DNA from: Mustelus asterias
Taxonomy: Eukaryota
Assembly: GCF_964213995.1 (NCBI RefSeq)
Contig: NC_135814.1
Location: 68,758,001 to 68,822,000 of the forward strand
Direction: 5' to 3'
DNA: 64,000 bases
Shown here piece after piece: positions 36,745 to 51,040 of this stretch; position 1 is the first letter of the stretch; every line of letters begins with the position of its first letter. Made by a program: the position numbers and the translations under genes. Under the pieces are notes generated by a model, which saw only the letters and a list, made by a program, of their open reading frames with translations, was not told the DNA's origin and did no database searches.

Positions 36745-38293
36745 ACCTGGGCCTGATGAAATGTATCCTAGGATTCTTTGGGAGGCGAGGGATGAGATTG
36801 CAGAGCCTTTGGCTTTGATCTTTGGGTCCTCACTGTCCACGGGGATGGTGCCAGAGGACTGGAGAGTGGCGAATGTTGTTCCTCTGTTTAAGAAAGGGAA
36901 TAGAAATGACCCTGGTAATTATAGACCGGTTAGTCTGACTTCGGTGGTTGGTAAATTGATGGAAAAGGTCCTTAGGGATGGGATTTACGACCATTTAGAA
37001 AGATGCGGATTAATCCGGGATAGTCAGCACGGATTTGTGAAGGGCAAATCGTGCCTCACAAATTTGATAGAATTTTTTGAGGAGGTAACTAGGTGTGTTG
37101 ATGAAGGTAGGGCGGTTGATGTCATATACATGGATTTTAGTAAGGCGTTTGATAAGGTCCCCCATGGTCGGCTTATGATGAAAGTAAGGAGGTGTGGGAT
37201 AGAGGGAAAGTTGGCCGATTGGATAGGTAACTGGCTGTCTGATCGAAGACAGAGGGTGGTGGTGGATGGAAAATTTTCGGACTGGAGGCAGGTTGCTAGC
37301 GGAGTGCCGCAGGGATCGGTGCTTGGTCCTCTGCTCTTTGTGATTTTTATTAATGACTTAGAGGAGGGGGCTGAAGGGTGGATCAGTAAATTTGCTGATG
37401 ACACCAAGATTGGTGGAGTAGTGGATGAGGTGGAGGGCTGTTGTAGGCTGCAAAGAGACATAGATAGGATGCAAAGCTGGGCTGAAAAATGGCAAATGGA
37501 GTTTAACCCTGATAAATGTGAGGTGATTCATTTTGGTAGGACAAATTTAAATGTGGATTACAGGGTCAAAGGTAGGGTTCTGAAGACTGTGGAGGAACAG
37601 AGAGATCTTGGGGTCCATATCCACAGATCTCTAAAGGTTGCCACTCAAGTGGATAGAGCTGTGAAGAAGGCATATAGTGTGTTAGCTTTTATTAACAGGG
37701 GGTTGGAGTTTAAGAGCCGTGGGGTTATGCTGCAACTGTACAGGACCTTGGTGAGACCGCATTTGGAATATTGCGTGCAGTTCTGGTCACCTCACTATAA
37801 GAAGGATGTGGAAGCGCTGGAAAGAGTGCAGAGGAGATTTACCAGGATGCTGCCTGGTTTGGAGTGTCGGTCTTATGAGGAAAGGTTGAGGGAGCTGGGG
37901 CTGTTCTCTCTGGAGCAGAGGAGATTGAGGGGAGACTTAATAGAGGTTTATAAAATGATGAAGGGGATAGATCGAGTGAACGTTCAAAGACTATTTCCTC
38001 GGGTGGATGGAGCTATTACAAGGGGGCATAACTATAGGGTTCATGGTGGGAGATATAGGAAGGATATCAGAGGTAGGTTCTTCACGCAGAGAGTGGTTGG
38101 GGTGTGGAATGGACTGCCTGCAGTGATAGTGGAGTCAGACACTTTAGGAACATTTAAGCGGTTATTGGATAGGCACATGGAGCACACCAGGATGGTAGGG
38201 AGTGGGATAGCTTGATCTTGGTTTCAGATGAAGGTCGGCACAACATCGTGGGCCGAAGGGCCTGTTCTGTGCTGTACTGTTCTATGTTCTATG
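36745..38293 (+). mobile_element. Young 5'-truncated CR1/HER1-type LINE with an uninterrupted RT ORF (36761-38215, 484 aa)
   Basis: PGNYRPVSLTS, QHGFVKGKSCLTNL, MDFSKAFDKVPH, GVPQGSVLGP, KFADDT; 3' UTR stem GGCCGAAGGGCC and (TTCTATG)n tail; no endonuclease or ORF1. Confidence 0.96.
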
Positions 38294-40774
38294 TTTGGCC
38301 AATCACTGCTGTGGGTCTGGCAATTCATTTTCTAAAGCAACCGCATGGTCTTGGCAATGGGTGGGATCAGGCAGGAGAAGAAACCCATGCTGGATTCTGA
38401 GGAATGTCACCAAGTCACTTTCGTTCAAGTCAAGTTGAGTCACAAGTTTTTTTAAAAATACCTCGAATCAGACTCAAGTCAGCACTCTCCCTCCACAAAA
38501 TTGTCAGACTTGCTGAGTATTTCCAGCATTTTCTGTTTTTAGTTCAGTTTTCCAGCATCCATGGTACTTTGGACTTGTTAACAAAGATGATTGTTGGATA
38601 CACATCACTTTTACATAAGGATGTAAAGTATAGAGAAAAGGAGACTAAATGCTGAGTTTACTGCTGGCGCCAGAAAATCAATGCCTGTTTTCTCCCATTT
38701 TACTGAGTTCCATTGTCAGTTTAACCGCAATAAGATCACCAGTCACTACAATTCATTCATAAGTGAACTGAGCTGCTATATTTTATGCCGCTCTTTGAGA
38801 AATTAACCTTTTTAAGTAAGATTTAAGCAAACTGCCTATTGTTTTCCTGGGACAGTGTGTGTTCTGTTGATTTTGATGCTTTAGTTGACCCTATTTAGAA
38901 AATGCAAGCCTTCCAACTTTGTCCCATACTGCTTTAAAGGCACGAGTTTCACCTCATTGCATTACAAAACATCACAAGTGCAACTGACCATTTTCTGTTC
39001 CTTAATTAGACTTCCGTTACTCAAAGCATTTAGGTTTCGAAATCTTTAAGCATGGCATATACATTGTTTCAAATATCAGAATGGGCTTTAAAACACTAAA
39101 AAAGTTATTACAATGACAAACAGACAAAAAGACAGTTGGATACACAGGATAGGTATCAAAAGTTCTCAAATAAGAGCGGTTAGAGGTGTATGCAAAAATG
39201 CAGTCCTGGTCAGAATGAAGTCTGAGGGAAGTGGAAAAGAGGAAGATTTAAAAGAGATCCATTTTAAAATGACACCAGCTCTCCATAACCCTCCTACACT
39301 CCCTTGACCTTGAGATGATCTATTATGGTATCACCTAATTTGTGTAGCTATACAGGCTCCAGTTATTCAGTCGAGTTTAGCTTCCTCCTCCAGACTGAAC
39401 CACATATCGAATCCTTCTGGTCCTTGCCGGACCTTTTATCCACATTTTTTATTACATTGAGCAATTTCTTCAGTGCTTTTTATCTGGATCACCTTCCTAA
39501 GCATCCAATAGCATGTGTCCTCATTTGTGCATCTAATATCATTATAGTTTCACTGTTTTCCTCCACCCAATACACCTTGCATTGACTCAAGTCTTCCCTC
39601 ACCCAAGTCAAATCCAGTCAAATTCCTGCACGCATCCACTCTCTTGTTGGGGTTAGGCAGTGATTTAATGATAATGTTACTAGATTGGAATCCAGAAGCC
39701 CAGACTAATGCTCGGGAGATGCAGATTCAAATCCCATCAAGACAGCTGCTGCAATTTAAATACAATTAATAAAAATCTGCTCTGTTTTTGGAACTGCTAT
39801 ATCCCTTCCCCTCAACATCCTTGCTTTGTTACCTCTCTCCGCACTTCAGAAATTCTAACCAGCTCATCAATCATTCCCTATTTCCCTGCCCTCAGTCTAC
39901 ATTCCCTGTACTGTCAAGTGCGCACACATCTCTCCGTACACCCATTTTGTAACAAGTTGCTTTGAACCACTCAGTCCATCTTCGGGGGGTCTTCCATCAA
40001 CAAACCAATATGTCTGTTGCCCATCACGAGTGTTAACTCACATGCATTATGTTATGAGAAATATATAACCACGCAGTGTCGTTGAAGAACAGTTCCAATT
40101 TTGAAAAAGAAAATCCTAGCTTACAGCACTAGCACTACATAGCAACTCGGTCAAAGCTGGCACTGCTGAAATAAAGACATTGGACTAAATGAGCTCAGCT
40201 TTATTTATAGCAACACCAAAAAATAAAGAGTAATCTCAGTGTAGTGCACACAACTGCACTCTTGAAGGGTTTTTAAAAAAATGAAGGCCAGCCAACTTTT
40301 TGCTGGGCCTGTTGAAGAGACATCCGTAGCTCTGAACGATTTCTGTTTGATGTGGATTGCCCCATTTCCAACAGCAAGCAATTTAAATCTGGTGTCAAGT
40401 GCAAGGGGACTCCAGGTGTCAGCACCAGTGATTTCAGGGGACAAGGTAAATTACCGATCACATTGTATTCTCATAAAGAGCAAACCTGGATGTTAAGAGT
40501 GCTGAGTATCCTTTACCACTAATTTAAGATTAGAGATATTAAAATAAATTATGATTGGGTGAAGCAATAAGCTAAAATACCAAACATCATAATGAAGAGA
40601 TTTGGCTTTCTGTAAATATAAAATCAGGGCCAATGAGGGCACCATTACACATCATTTAGCAAGTTATTTTTCAAAAGTTTTTACAGTAAGAGCAGTGGTG
40701 TTAAAATGGAGGTTTTCATCAATTCATTAGTTGCTCAGGGATCACATTCCAGGGGACCTTAACAGACCTCTTTA

Positions 40775-43700
40775 GATCCCCAGCATCACAGATGCCAGAC
40801 TATAGCCAATTCGATTCAATCCACATGATATCAAGAAACAGTTGATGGCACTGGATACTGCCAAGGCGATGGGCCCAGACAACATTCTGGCAATAGCACT
40901 GAAGACTTGTGCTACGGAACTTGCCATGCCCCAGCCAAGTTCTTCCAGTACAGCTACAATGCTGGCATCTACTTGGCAATGTGGAAAATTGCCCAGATAT
41001 GTCCTGTACTTAAAAGGCAGGTCAAATCCAATATGGCCAATTATCACCCTGTAGATTTATTTTTGATCGGTAAGCTATCAAGTGGCACTTGCCTAGCAAT
41101 AACTTGCTCTGTGATGCTCAATTTAGTTTCAGCCAGGCTTGCTCAGCTCCTGACCTAATTACAGCCATGGACCAAAAGAGTTGAATCGAGATGAGAGTGC
41201 CTGCCATTGACATCAAGACAGCATTTGACCAAGTGTGGCATCAAAACACTCGCAAAACTGGAGTAAATGGAAATCGGGGAAAACTCTCTGCTGGTTGAAG
41301 TCATACCCAGCACAAAGAGATATGGTTGTGACTGTTGGAAGTCAATCACCTCAGTTCCAGGACAATCCTGCAGGAATTTCTAGGCCCAGCCTTCATCAGC
41401 TACTTCATCAATATCCTTCCTTCCATCATAAGGTCAAAAGTGGGGGTGTTTGCTGATGATCTCACAATATTCAGCACCATTTGTAATTCCTCAGATACAG
41501 AAGCAGTCCATGTTCAAATGTAGCAAGACCTGGACAATATCCAGGCTTGGGCTGATAAGTAGCAAATAACATTTGCACCATACAAGTGCCAGGGAATAGC
41601 CATTCCCAACAAGAGAGCACATAACTGGTAAGTGGCATGCTTTCAAAAGTGTGTTAACCAGGATTCAGGGTAAACCCATTCCTCTTAGAGTGAAGGGCAA
41701 GGCTGGCAGAAGTCGGGAATCCTGGATGACTCGGGATATTGAGGCCCTAGTCAAGAAGAAGAAAGAGGCACATGACATGCATAGGCAGCTGGGATCAAGT
41801 GAATCTCTTGAAGAGTATAGGGGGTGTACGAGTAAAGTTAAGAGAGAAATCAGGAGGGCAAAAAGGGGACACAAAATTGTTTTGGCAGATAAGGCAAAGG
41901 AGAATCCAAAGAGCTACAAATACATAAAGGGTAAAAGAGTAACAAGGGAGACAGTAGGGCCTCTTGAGGATCAACAAAGTCATCTATGTGCAGATCCACA
42001 AGAGATGGGTGAGATCCTAAATGAATATTTCTCATCAGTATTTACTGTTGAGAAAAACATGGATGTTAGGGAACTTGGGAAAATAGATAGTGATGTCTTG
42101 AGGAGTGTACATATTACAGAGAAGGTGGTGCTGGAAGTCTTAAAGCGCATCAAGGTAGATAAATCCCCGGGACCTAATGAAGTATATCCCAGGACGTTGT
42201 GGGAGGCTAGGGAGGAAATTGCGGGTCCCCTAGCCGAGATATTTGAATCATCGATAGTCAACAGTGAGGTGCCTGAAGATTGGCAAATGTTGTGCCTTTG
42301 TTTAAAAAGGGCTGCAGGGAAAAGCCTGGGAACTACAGGCCAGTGAGCCTCACATCTGTGGTGGGTAAATTGTTGGAAGGTATTTTGAGAGACAGGGTCT
42401 ACAGGCATTTAGAGATGCAAGGACTGATTAGAGACAGTCAGCATGGCTTTGTGAGTGGAAAATCATGTCTCACAAATTTAATTGAGTTTTTTGAAGGGGT
42501 AACCAAGAAGGTAGATGAGGGCAGTGCAGTTGATGTTGTCTACATGGACTTTAGCAAGGCCTTTGACAAGGGACCGCATGGTAAGTTGTTACATAAAGTT
42601 AAATCTCACGGGATCCAGGATGAGGTATCTAAATGGATACAAAATTGGCTTCTGAGAGGGTGGTTGCAGAGAGTTGTTTTTCAAACTGGAGGCCTGTGAC
42701 CAGCGGTGTGCCTCAGGGATCAGTGCTGGGCCCACTGTTATTGTGATTTATATTAATGATTTGAATGAGAATATAGGGGGCATGGTTAATAAGTTTGCAG
42801 ATGACACCACGATTGGTGGCATAGTGGACAGTGAAGAAAGTTATCTCCAATTGCAACAGGATCTTGATCAATTGGGCCAGTGGGCTGACGAATGGCAGAT
42901 GGAGTTTAATTTAGACAAATGCGAGGTGATGCATTTTGGTAGATTGAACCAGGGCAGGACTTACTCAGTTAATGGTAGGGCATTGGGGAGAGTTACAGAA
43001 CAAAGAGATCTAGGGGTACATGTTCATAGCTCCTTGAAAGTGGAATCACAGGTGGACAGAGTGGTGAAGAAGGCATTCGGCATGCTTGGTTTCATCGGTC
43101 AGAACATTGAATACAGGAGTTGGGACGTCTTGTTGAAGTTGTACAAGACATTGGTAAGGCCACACTTGGAATGCTGTGTGTAATTCTGGTCACCCTATTA
43201 TAGGATATTATTAAAGGATATTATTAAACTAGAAAGAGTGCAGAAAAGATTTACTAGGATGCTACCGGGACTTGATGGATTGAGTTATAAGGAGAGGCTG
43301 AATAGACTGGGACTTTTTTCTCTGGAGTATAGAAGGCTGAGGGGTGATCTTATAGAGGTCTATAAAATAATGAGGGGCATAGACAAGGTAGATAGTCAAT
43401 ATCTTTTCCTAAAGGTGGGGGAGTCTAAAACTAGAGGGCATAGGTTTAAGGTGAGAGGGGAGAGATACAAAAATGTCCAGAGGGGCAATTATTTTCACAG
43501 AGGGTGGTGAGTGTCTGGAACAAGCTGCCAGAGGTAGTAGTAGAGGCAGGTACAATGTTATCTTTTAAAAAGCATTTAGATAGTTACATAGGTACGATGG
43601 GTATAGAGGGATATGGGCCAAATGCGGGCAATTGGCATTAGCTTAGGGTTTTTTTTTAAAAAAGGGGGGCATGGACAAGTTGAGCTGAAGGGCCTGTTTC

Positions 43701-44430
43701 CATGCTGTAAACATCTATGACTCTATAACCATTGCCTCATGGCATTCAATCGCATTACCATTGCTAAATCCCCCACTGTCAACATCCTGGGGGTTACCTT
43801 TGACCAAAAAAACTGAACTGGACTAGCTATATAAATGCTGTGTCTACCAAAGCAGGTCAGAGGCTAGGGACCCCACAGCGAGTAATTCACCTCCTGATAC
43901 AGCCTGTCCACCATCAACAAGGCACAAGTCAGGAGTGTGCTGGAATACTCTCCACTTGCCAGGATGGGTGCAGCTCCAACAACACTCAAGAAGCTAGACA
44001 CCATCCAGGACAAAGCAACCTGTTTGGCACCCCATCCACAAACATTCACTCCCTCCACCATCAATGTACAGTGACAGCAGTGTGTACCATCTGCAAGATC
44101 CATTGCAGGAACTTGCCAGGGCTCCTGAGGCAGCTCCTTCCAAACCCACGACCACTACTACCTAGAAGGACAAGAGCAGAAGACGCCTGGAACAACACCA
44201 TTTGAAGTTCCTCTCCAATCACCCATCATCCTGATTTGGAAAGAAATTGCCATTCCTGCACTGTTGTTGGGTCAAAATCCTGAGACTCCCTCCCAAACAA
44301 AACTATGGGTTTACCTACACCAGATGGGCGACAGCAGTTCTAGAAGGCAGCTTAGCACCACCTTCTCGAGGGCAATTAGGGATGGAAAATAAATGTTGGC
44401 TTATCCATTGACACCCATGGCCAGAACCCA
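40775..44430 (+). mobile_element. LINE second family (CR1/L2 group), split by a CR1 insertion
   Basis: KAMGPDNILAIALKTCATELA, ANYHPV, GVFADD; resumes at 43725 after the insert. Confidence 0.8.
41626..43724 (+). mobile_element. CR1 LINE (5'-truncated ORF2, frameshifted)
   Basis: ORFs at 41651, 42280, 42674 and 43238 tile a CR1 ORF2; TSD ATAAC at 41621-41625 and 43725-43729. Confidence 0.93.
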
Positions 44431-47161
44431 TGAGCAAATAAAGAAGAAACACCCGGTGGAGGGTGACAACCAATGGCAACTTGCAGATTTCTGCATTATC
44501 CTGAGCATGTGTGGATTCCTGAAGCTGCTGTTAGTTTCAATGGAATAAGAAAGGCAAATTGTGACAGTTTCACCATCATTGCCAATGCATAATATGAGTG
44601 GACTTGTTATATTCTCATTGTGAGCTATCAAATCATTGGCTTGTTAGTTTGCCGCTCTAACCACTCACCTCCATCACCATAAGCATTATCCATAACTCAC
44701 TGTCTGCTCACATTAAATGTGAAGTAAATCTCCCATGACGAGTGAAAATACTGAAATTGGTTGTTTCTTCACCCACATTTTTTGATCCCATTAGATAAGT
44801 GACACAGTGGGTGATTTAACACATTATCTCATTTCTAATTTAAAGATAGCAAAAATAATAGAGAACTTTACTTGGAAAGTATTTTCTAATTTCCCGCGGA
44901 ACATTATGGGATACAGATGTTATCATGCCACAGTATGTTTACTTCTCTATTGCTTTATAATGTTAGCATTATTTCTGGTTGCATAATTGCAGCAACTCCT
45001 GTATAATTATCTACAGGTGTGGCTTCTGTAAATAACTGATGACCTTCGTTAATTATATTTTATCTTCTGAATTGGGAGTTCCGGTAATGAACTCTGGAGT
45101 TCGTGCAGCTGTAGCAAAGTTGAAAATACCAGGTTACTCTGGGCACATATTCATGACGTATTGTACAGTAAAAGGTAATGCCAGATTAATAGGATTGCTA
45201 TTCAAAGAATCATAGAATCCCTAAAGTACAGAAGGAGGTCATTAGGCCCATTATATCTGCATCGCCTCTCCAACAGAGCATACCACCCAGGCCCTATCCC
45301 TGTATCCCCACATATTTACCCTGGTCTCAACATTGCTGTGAAGCAACTCCCATGGCCTCCTCACACTCATGGGGGTTCACTGTAGAGGAGACAAAGGAGA
45401 GGGTTTTAAAAAGACTGCTTGTAATGGAGAAAGGAAGCTAATAGTCATCTTTACATTGCAAGATAATCCTGGAATGAAAAGCGCTTTTGGAGGGGGAGCT
45501 TTATGAGATCCAGCTGGATTTGGCAATGAATGACGAATACATTATTATGTTCATTTTAATTTACTGATAATTAATCAATTTTTCACCCAATGTTTTTCCC
45601 ATTCCTTTTCTTGAAGGTAAGTCGGACTGAGTATGGCCTCCAGCTGGCAGAACACCCCCAGTAATTCATCCCCAAAGGGAAGTATTTTATGTTAGGGCCT
45701 GAATTGTGATTGTTATCGGCCATTCACCATGAATATGTCATGGCTACATTTGCTCCTGCATTAGCAGGATGTCATCTGAAAAGTTGCATTTTCTCTAAAA
45801 GATTTTGAATATTTTCTGTATTTATCCATAGGAGTGTCCCCGATAGCTATAGTTCTGGTCATGACCATTACATCGCTAAAGAACTCCACAAGTGGTAGGA
45901 TATAGAAGGGAAAACAGTATGGGATGGCGGGATTGCGGGGGAGCATGATGATGCCAGTGGGAATGCATGGGTAATAAGGAATGGGTGATGAGGATGACAC
46001 AGGAAGAAGATGTGGGATGGGATGGTATGAAAGGAATAGGATGCCTATTACATGAGGGGAATAGCATGGGATGGGATTTGAAGAAGTATTTTTGCAATCA
46101 AGATACTAATTGCACCACAAATAATTTGCTTTCAGCCAATGGGGTCACAGAGTGAGGGTCACAGCACCCAATGAGGTTAGGCCAGGTCATCTTGGGTGCA
46201 AATATCCCATTTCAAGATATGATTAATATCAGAGAGTGTGGATTAAACTGCGGAATACGCAAACATAATATATTTTTTAATTGTTCAGGCTGAGTACATC
46301 ATGATGGCTTTTGGGTCATTATGACTCTTCCATTGTTAAAGTCTAGCACCGCTGTTCAACATGCAAGACAGGTTTGGGCTGGTCCCTGTTGGCTTTTGAA
46401 ATGTGGTACTCTCGGCCTATCTGAGTTCTATCAGGCTTATTGCTTGCAGCAGATCTCAAACAATGATGAGACGGAGCACAGGAAAGAGATAGACAATTTG
46501 GTGAACTGGTGCGATGACAATAATCTCTCCTTCAATGTCAACAAAATGATTCCGGGGCGGGCGGGTCTCGCGGAACAGAATTCTCCGTTGGACTCAGGAG
46601 GGATTTTATGAGCCTCGCCCGAGCGAGGATATGAAATCCCCCCAATCATCTTGTAAAAGGAAAATACTACGCACGCTGGAAATCTGAAATAAAAACAGAA
46701 AATACTGGAAATACTCAGCAGGTCTGGCAGTACCTGTGGAGAGAGAAACAGAGCTGACTTTTCAGGTTGATAACCCTGCATTAGAACTATTTTGTAGTTC
46801 CGTTGCAGAAGGTAGTGTTGAGAGCAGGATGGACCCATCCAACTGGGTTGTTTCAAAGTAGATTTTTAACAATATATTAATTTCTGCTTTTAGCACAAAA
46901 CAGGAATAAGATAAAATGAAATATGCATAATACCATAACTTGCATAGTTGCTTTTAACATGGTAAAGTATTTCAAAAAGGGGCAATCAGCAGAAATGTAC
47001 TCTGAGCTGAAGAGAAGATTCTATGATTAAGAGGGCTGAGAATCTTTTGGCCAACCAGATGAGTTTAAAGAGGATCCTGAAGTGAGGGAGACAATTTAAT
47101 TGTGCAGCTAAAACACTGGGAGGCATATTTGTGTCCACTTTAGGCCAAAGGGAGTGGGTGA

Positions 47162-47411
47162 TGTTGTAATATTAAGAGTGATGTCCCTCTAAAAGGCTAA
47201 ACATGCAGATGAGCCAGGTACAGGATGTCATCATGTGACCAGGAGCCACAGTCTCTGTACTGTAGTATCCTAGACTACAGGGTGTGTCGAGAGATTGATC
47301 TGTTGCTTGTAATGATTTAGTTGTAAATAAACCCCACCAGAGATCCTCAAGCAAACAGGAGCCATGTACCTAATTTGTGTTACATATAGGTAGCACAAGG
47401 GTGTCACTACA
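47162..47411 (+). mobile_element. Probable 5' LTR of a Gypsy element
   Basis: TGTTGTAA...TCACTACA termini, internal AATAAA, followed by a degenerate PBS-like TGATAC.. and pol remnants; no matching 3' LTR seen. Confidence 0.6.
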
Positions 47412-49268
47412 TGATACACAGCAGGGATTGTTTTCTTTGAGGTGAAAGGACAGAACAAAGAATACCACCTTGAAGACCAAGAGGAGAAACAGCACCCAAG
47501 GTTAACAAGCATTCAAGAGATTCCCATTGTATGGAAAACAGCACTGAAAATGGAAGTAACAGGGCTCAGTTAATTCACAAACTGTGAGTACCTTTGGGCT
47601 GGGCATGTCCAGGCAAGCAGCCAGCTGCCTCAGGATCACATGACTTAAAGTAAAGGGCAGTTGGAACAGAGCTGAAGGTACAGACTTAAATACAAAAAGA
47701 AAAATAACACACACCAAATACAGTGCTGAAGGCATGCAAGGAATTAATTATAAAGCAAGAGAAAAAGAAAAAAGCAGAGAGCACAACTGGAAAACGCCAG
47801 AGCACCAGAGACCTGTACAAATACAAAGCAACGTCTGTACAAATACAAGGCAATACATGAAGTTCACAGCAAGACAGATCTGAGTTGAGAATCAGAGCGG
47901 AACAGCAAGAGGGCAAACAGACTTTTTCCATTGTGAGTGAAGTCAGGCTAGTGGAAGTTTTTGCCACTATCAACATTATGTGCCCAAAAAATTTGACAAA
48001 CATAAACTTGAGACTAAGATTGACAAAGGAGCTAGTTCAAATATCCCACCAGTCCAAATCCTGAAGAACTCGTACCTGGACTGTTGGGAATCAATGGTAC
48101 AATTGACCACATACAATGGGTCACCAATCCCTTGCACTGGTACACCAATAATGCAATGCAGCTACAGCAATTCAGCATGGAAACCACAAATATCTAACCT
48201 GGTTGACATGAGCGGACTAACAGTGACAGGACTACCAGCACGTAGGGCTCTCAATGTTCTGACTATCCACAAGACCCCCAAGGTACCAGTGACAGCAGGA
48301 GAGACCAAGAACATTCACACTGAGTTGGTTCAGGAACTACACTAGTTGCACCCAGACAGGTTCGATACCACAGGTGGTGCTGTACTGCACCTCAGAGAAG
48401 GTGCAATTCCGTCAATCGAACCTCCAGAAAGTGCAGCGTTCTCGTACAAGAAAAGCCTAAAAGTGAGCTGGATGACATGGAAAGAGCATGTTCTGCCTAG
48501 ACCTGAGAGGTCTAAAACTCTCCATAAAGAGATGCCCACACAAGATTTTAACACTGGAGGAACTGAATCCCAGGTTCACAGAAGTGAAATTGCTCTCCAA
48601 GCTGGGTTCTAAACATGGGTATTGGTCGGTCCACTTTGCTAAGGAATCTCAGGAAGTCACCACCTTCAGATCACTGTTTGGAAGATATTGCTTCCTGAGA
48701 TTACTTTTTGGCTTATCTGTCAGTCAAGATCTGTTCCAGCAGCACATGGACTGAATCACGGAAGGTGTCTCTGGATCCAAATACATCGCCGATGATGTTG
48801 AGGTGATGGACAAAACTAAAGAAGAGCATGATCAAAATGTTCAGTCACTGATGACAGTAGCTTGGTGTGAGGCCCATCTTCCACAGCAGAAAGTGCCAGG
48901 TGAATGTGAGTCAGATCAATTTCTTTGGCTCCATCTATTCAGGTTGTGCAATCCGTCCTGATCCAGGCAAAGTCAAAGATATCAGGCCCTTGCCTTCCCT
49001 TCAGGACAAAGAAATCCTACAGATGCCTTGGATTTTTCAACAAGTTGGCACCATATGTTCTGAACTTTTTTGACAGTGTCAGCATTGAGCGAGCTTCTGA
49101 AGAAAGATGTACCATCTGTGTGGCAGGAGAGCCAACATACGTTCGAGTCTCTCAAACAATTGTTGTCAGCAAATACCTGCACCCCGCAGTAACACGACCC
49201 AAGGAAGATTAAAATCCTTGGAGGAAGAACTAGGAGTATGCATCATGTAAGATGGCAAACCGATTGCA

Positions 49269-51040
49269 GACTGGCACATTCCAAGGTCCAGGACTGTGTG
49301 CTGAGCGACTGACAACAATATTAGGCAGGAACTGAGGAATGTAGATTGGGGGCAGATGTTTGAGGGCAAATCAACATCTGGCATGTGGGAGGCTTTCAAG
49401 TACAAGTTGGTAGGGATTCAGGACCGGCACATTCCTGTTAAGATGAAGGATCAGTATGGCAAGTTTTGGGAACCTTGGATAACGAGAGATATTGTGAGCC
49501 TCGTCAAAGAGAAAAAGGAAACATTTGTCAAAGCTAGGAGGCTGGGAACACACGAAGCAAGTGTGGAATACAAGGAAAGTAGGAAAAAACTTAAGCAAGG
49601 AGTAAGGAGGGCTAAAAGGGGTCACGAAAAAGCATTGGCCAGCAGGATTAAGGAAAATCTCAAGGCTTTTTATACATTTTTAAAGTGCAAGAGGGTGACC
49701 AGGGAGAGGGTTGGCCCACTCAAGGACAAGGGAGGGAATCTATGCGTGGAGCCAGAGGAAATGGGCGAGGTATTAAATGAGTACTTTGCATCAGTATTCA
49801 CCAAAGAGAACTTGCTGGATGATGAGTCTGGGAAAGGATGTGTAAATAGTTTGAGTCATGTTGAGATCAAAAAGGAGGAGGAATTGGGGTTCTTGAGAAA
49901 CATTAAGGTATACAAGTCTCCAGGGCCTGATACGATATACCCCAGAATACTGAGAGAGGCAAGAGAGGAAATTGCTGGGGCTTTGAGAGAAATCTTTGTA
50001 TCCTCACTGGCTACAGGGGAGGTCCCAGAGGATTGGAGAATAGCCAATGTTGTTCCTTTGTTTAAGAAGGGTAGCAAGAATAATCCAGGTAATTACAGGC
50101 CAGTGAGCCTTACATCAGTGGTAAGGAAATTATTGGAGAGGATTCTTCGAGACAGGATTTATTCCCACTTGGAAATAAGTAGACGTATTAATGAGAGGCA
50201 ACATGGTTTTGTGAAGGGGAGGTCATGTCTCACGAACTTGATCGAGTTTTTCGAGGGAGTGATGAAGATAATTGATGAGGGTAGAGCAGTGGATATTGTC
50301 TACATGGACTTCAGTAAGGCCTTTGACAAGGTCCTTCATAGCAGACTGGTGCAGAAGGTGAAGTCGCATGGGATCAGAAATGAGCAGATTTTTTACACAG
50401 GCAGATTTACGAGGCAGATTTTTTACACAGAGTAGTTGGTGCCTGGAACTTGTTGGCGGGGAGGTAGTGGAAGCGGATACGGTAGTGATTTTTAAGGGGC
50501 ATCTGGACAAATACATGAATAGGATGGGAATAGAGGGATACGGTCCTCGGAAGGGTAGGGGGTTTTAGTTCAGTCAGGCAGCATGGTCAGTGCAGGCTTG
50601 GAGGGCTGAAGGGCCTGTTTCTGTGCTGTAATTTTCTTTGCTCTTTGTTCTTTGTTCTTTGACTCAAGCTTGGGGCCGTCACTGCCAAGGCGCAATGAGG
50701 AACAGTGTAAGGCCTTTCAGCCAATGTACACCGAGGGGCTGGTAACCGTGAAAAACCCATCCGAGTGTGTGCTCTATTCCTAACCATATGTAACTGGACT
50801 GAAGCACTGCAGAGTGCAACATGATCCATGCATATAGTTTGAACACAATTGTACTCTACGTAATGAAAATATTGAAATGCTTCTATTATACTCATTACTC
50901 AATTGAAGCACCTCAGAATGCATCATGATCTCTGGAGAAAATGTGAATATCACTGCACTTTCCATTATAACAATTTGAAAAGTTTTGTAATTTGTTTTCA
51001 GATTTTATATGAATAAAGTATATTTTTGCAAAAAAAAAAT
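49269..51040 (+). mobile_element. Tx1/L1-type LINE 3' end inserted in Gypsy (pieces 49269-49313 and 50660-51040)
   Basis: RLAHSKVQDCVLS|..LKLGAVTAKAQ C-terminus, 3' UTR, AATAAA and poly(A); TSD ATTGCA at 49263-49268 and 51043-51048. Confidence 0.75.
49314..50659 (+). mobile_element. CR1 LINE with internal deletion, inserted in the Tx1 tail
   Basis: 359-aa ORF 49356-50435 of CR1 ORF2 that jumps from mid-RT to the 3' end; (TTCTTTG)n tail. Confidence 0.92.

Noticed and set aside
37024-37461. 145-aa antisense ORF repeated at 62654-63091
   Set aside because: Shadow frame of the CR1 RT; its recurrence only reflects the near-identity of the two copies
36761-38215. Intact RT ORF as a domesticated gene or novel RT system
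   Set aside because: A 5'-truncated CR1 with its normal tail, no promoter or partner gene, and a near-identical broken sibling; youth explains the open frame
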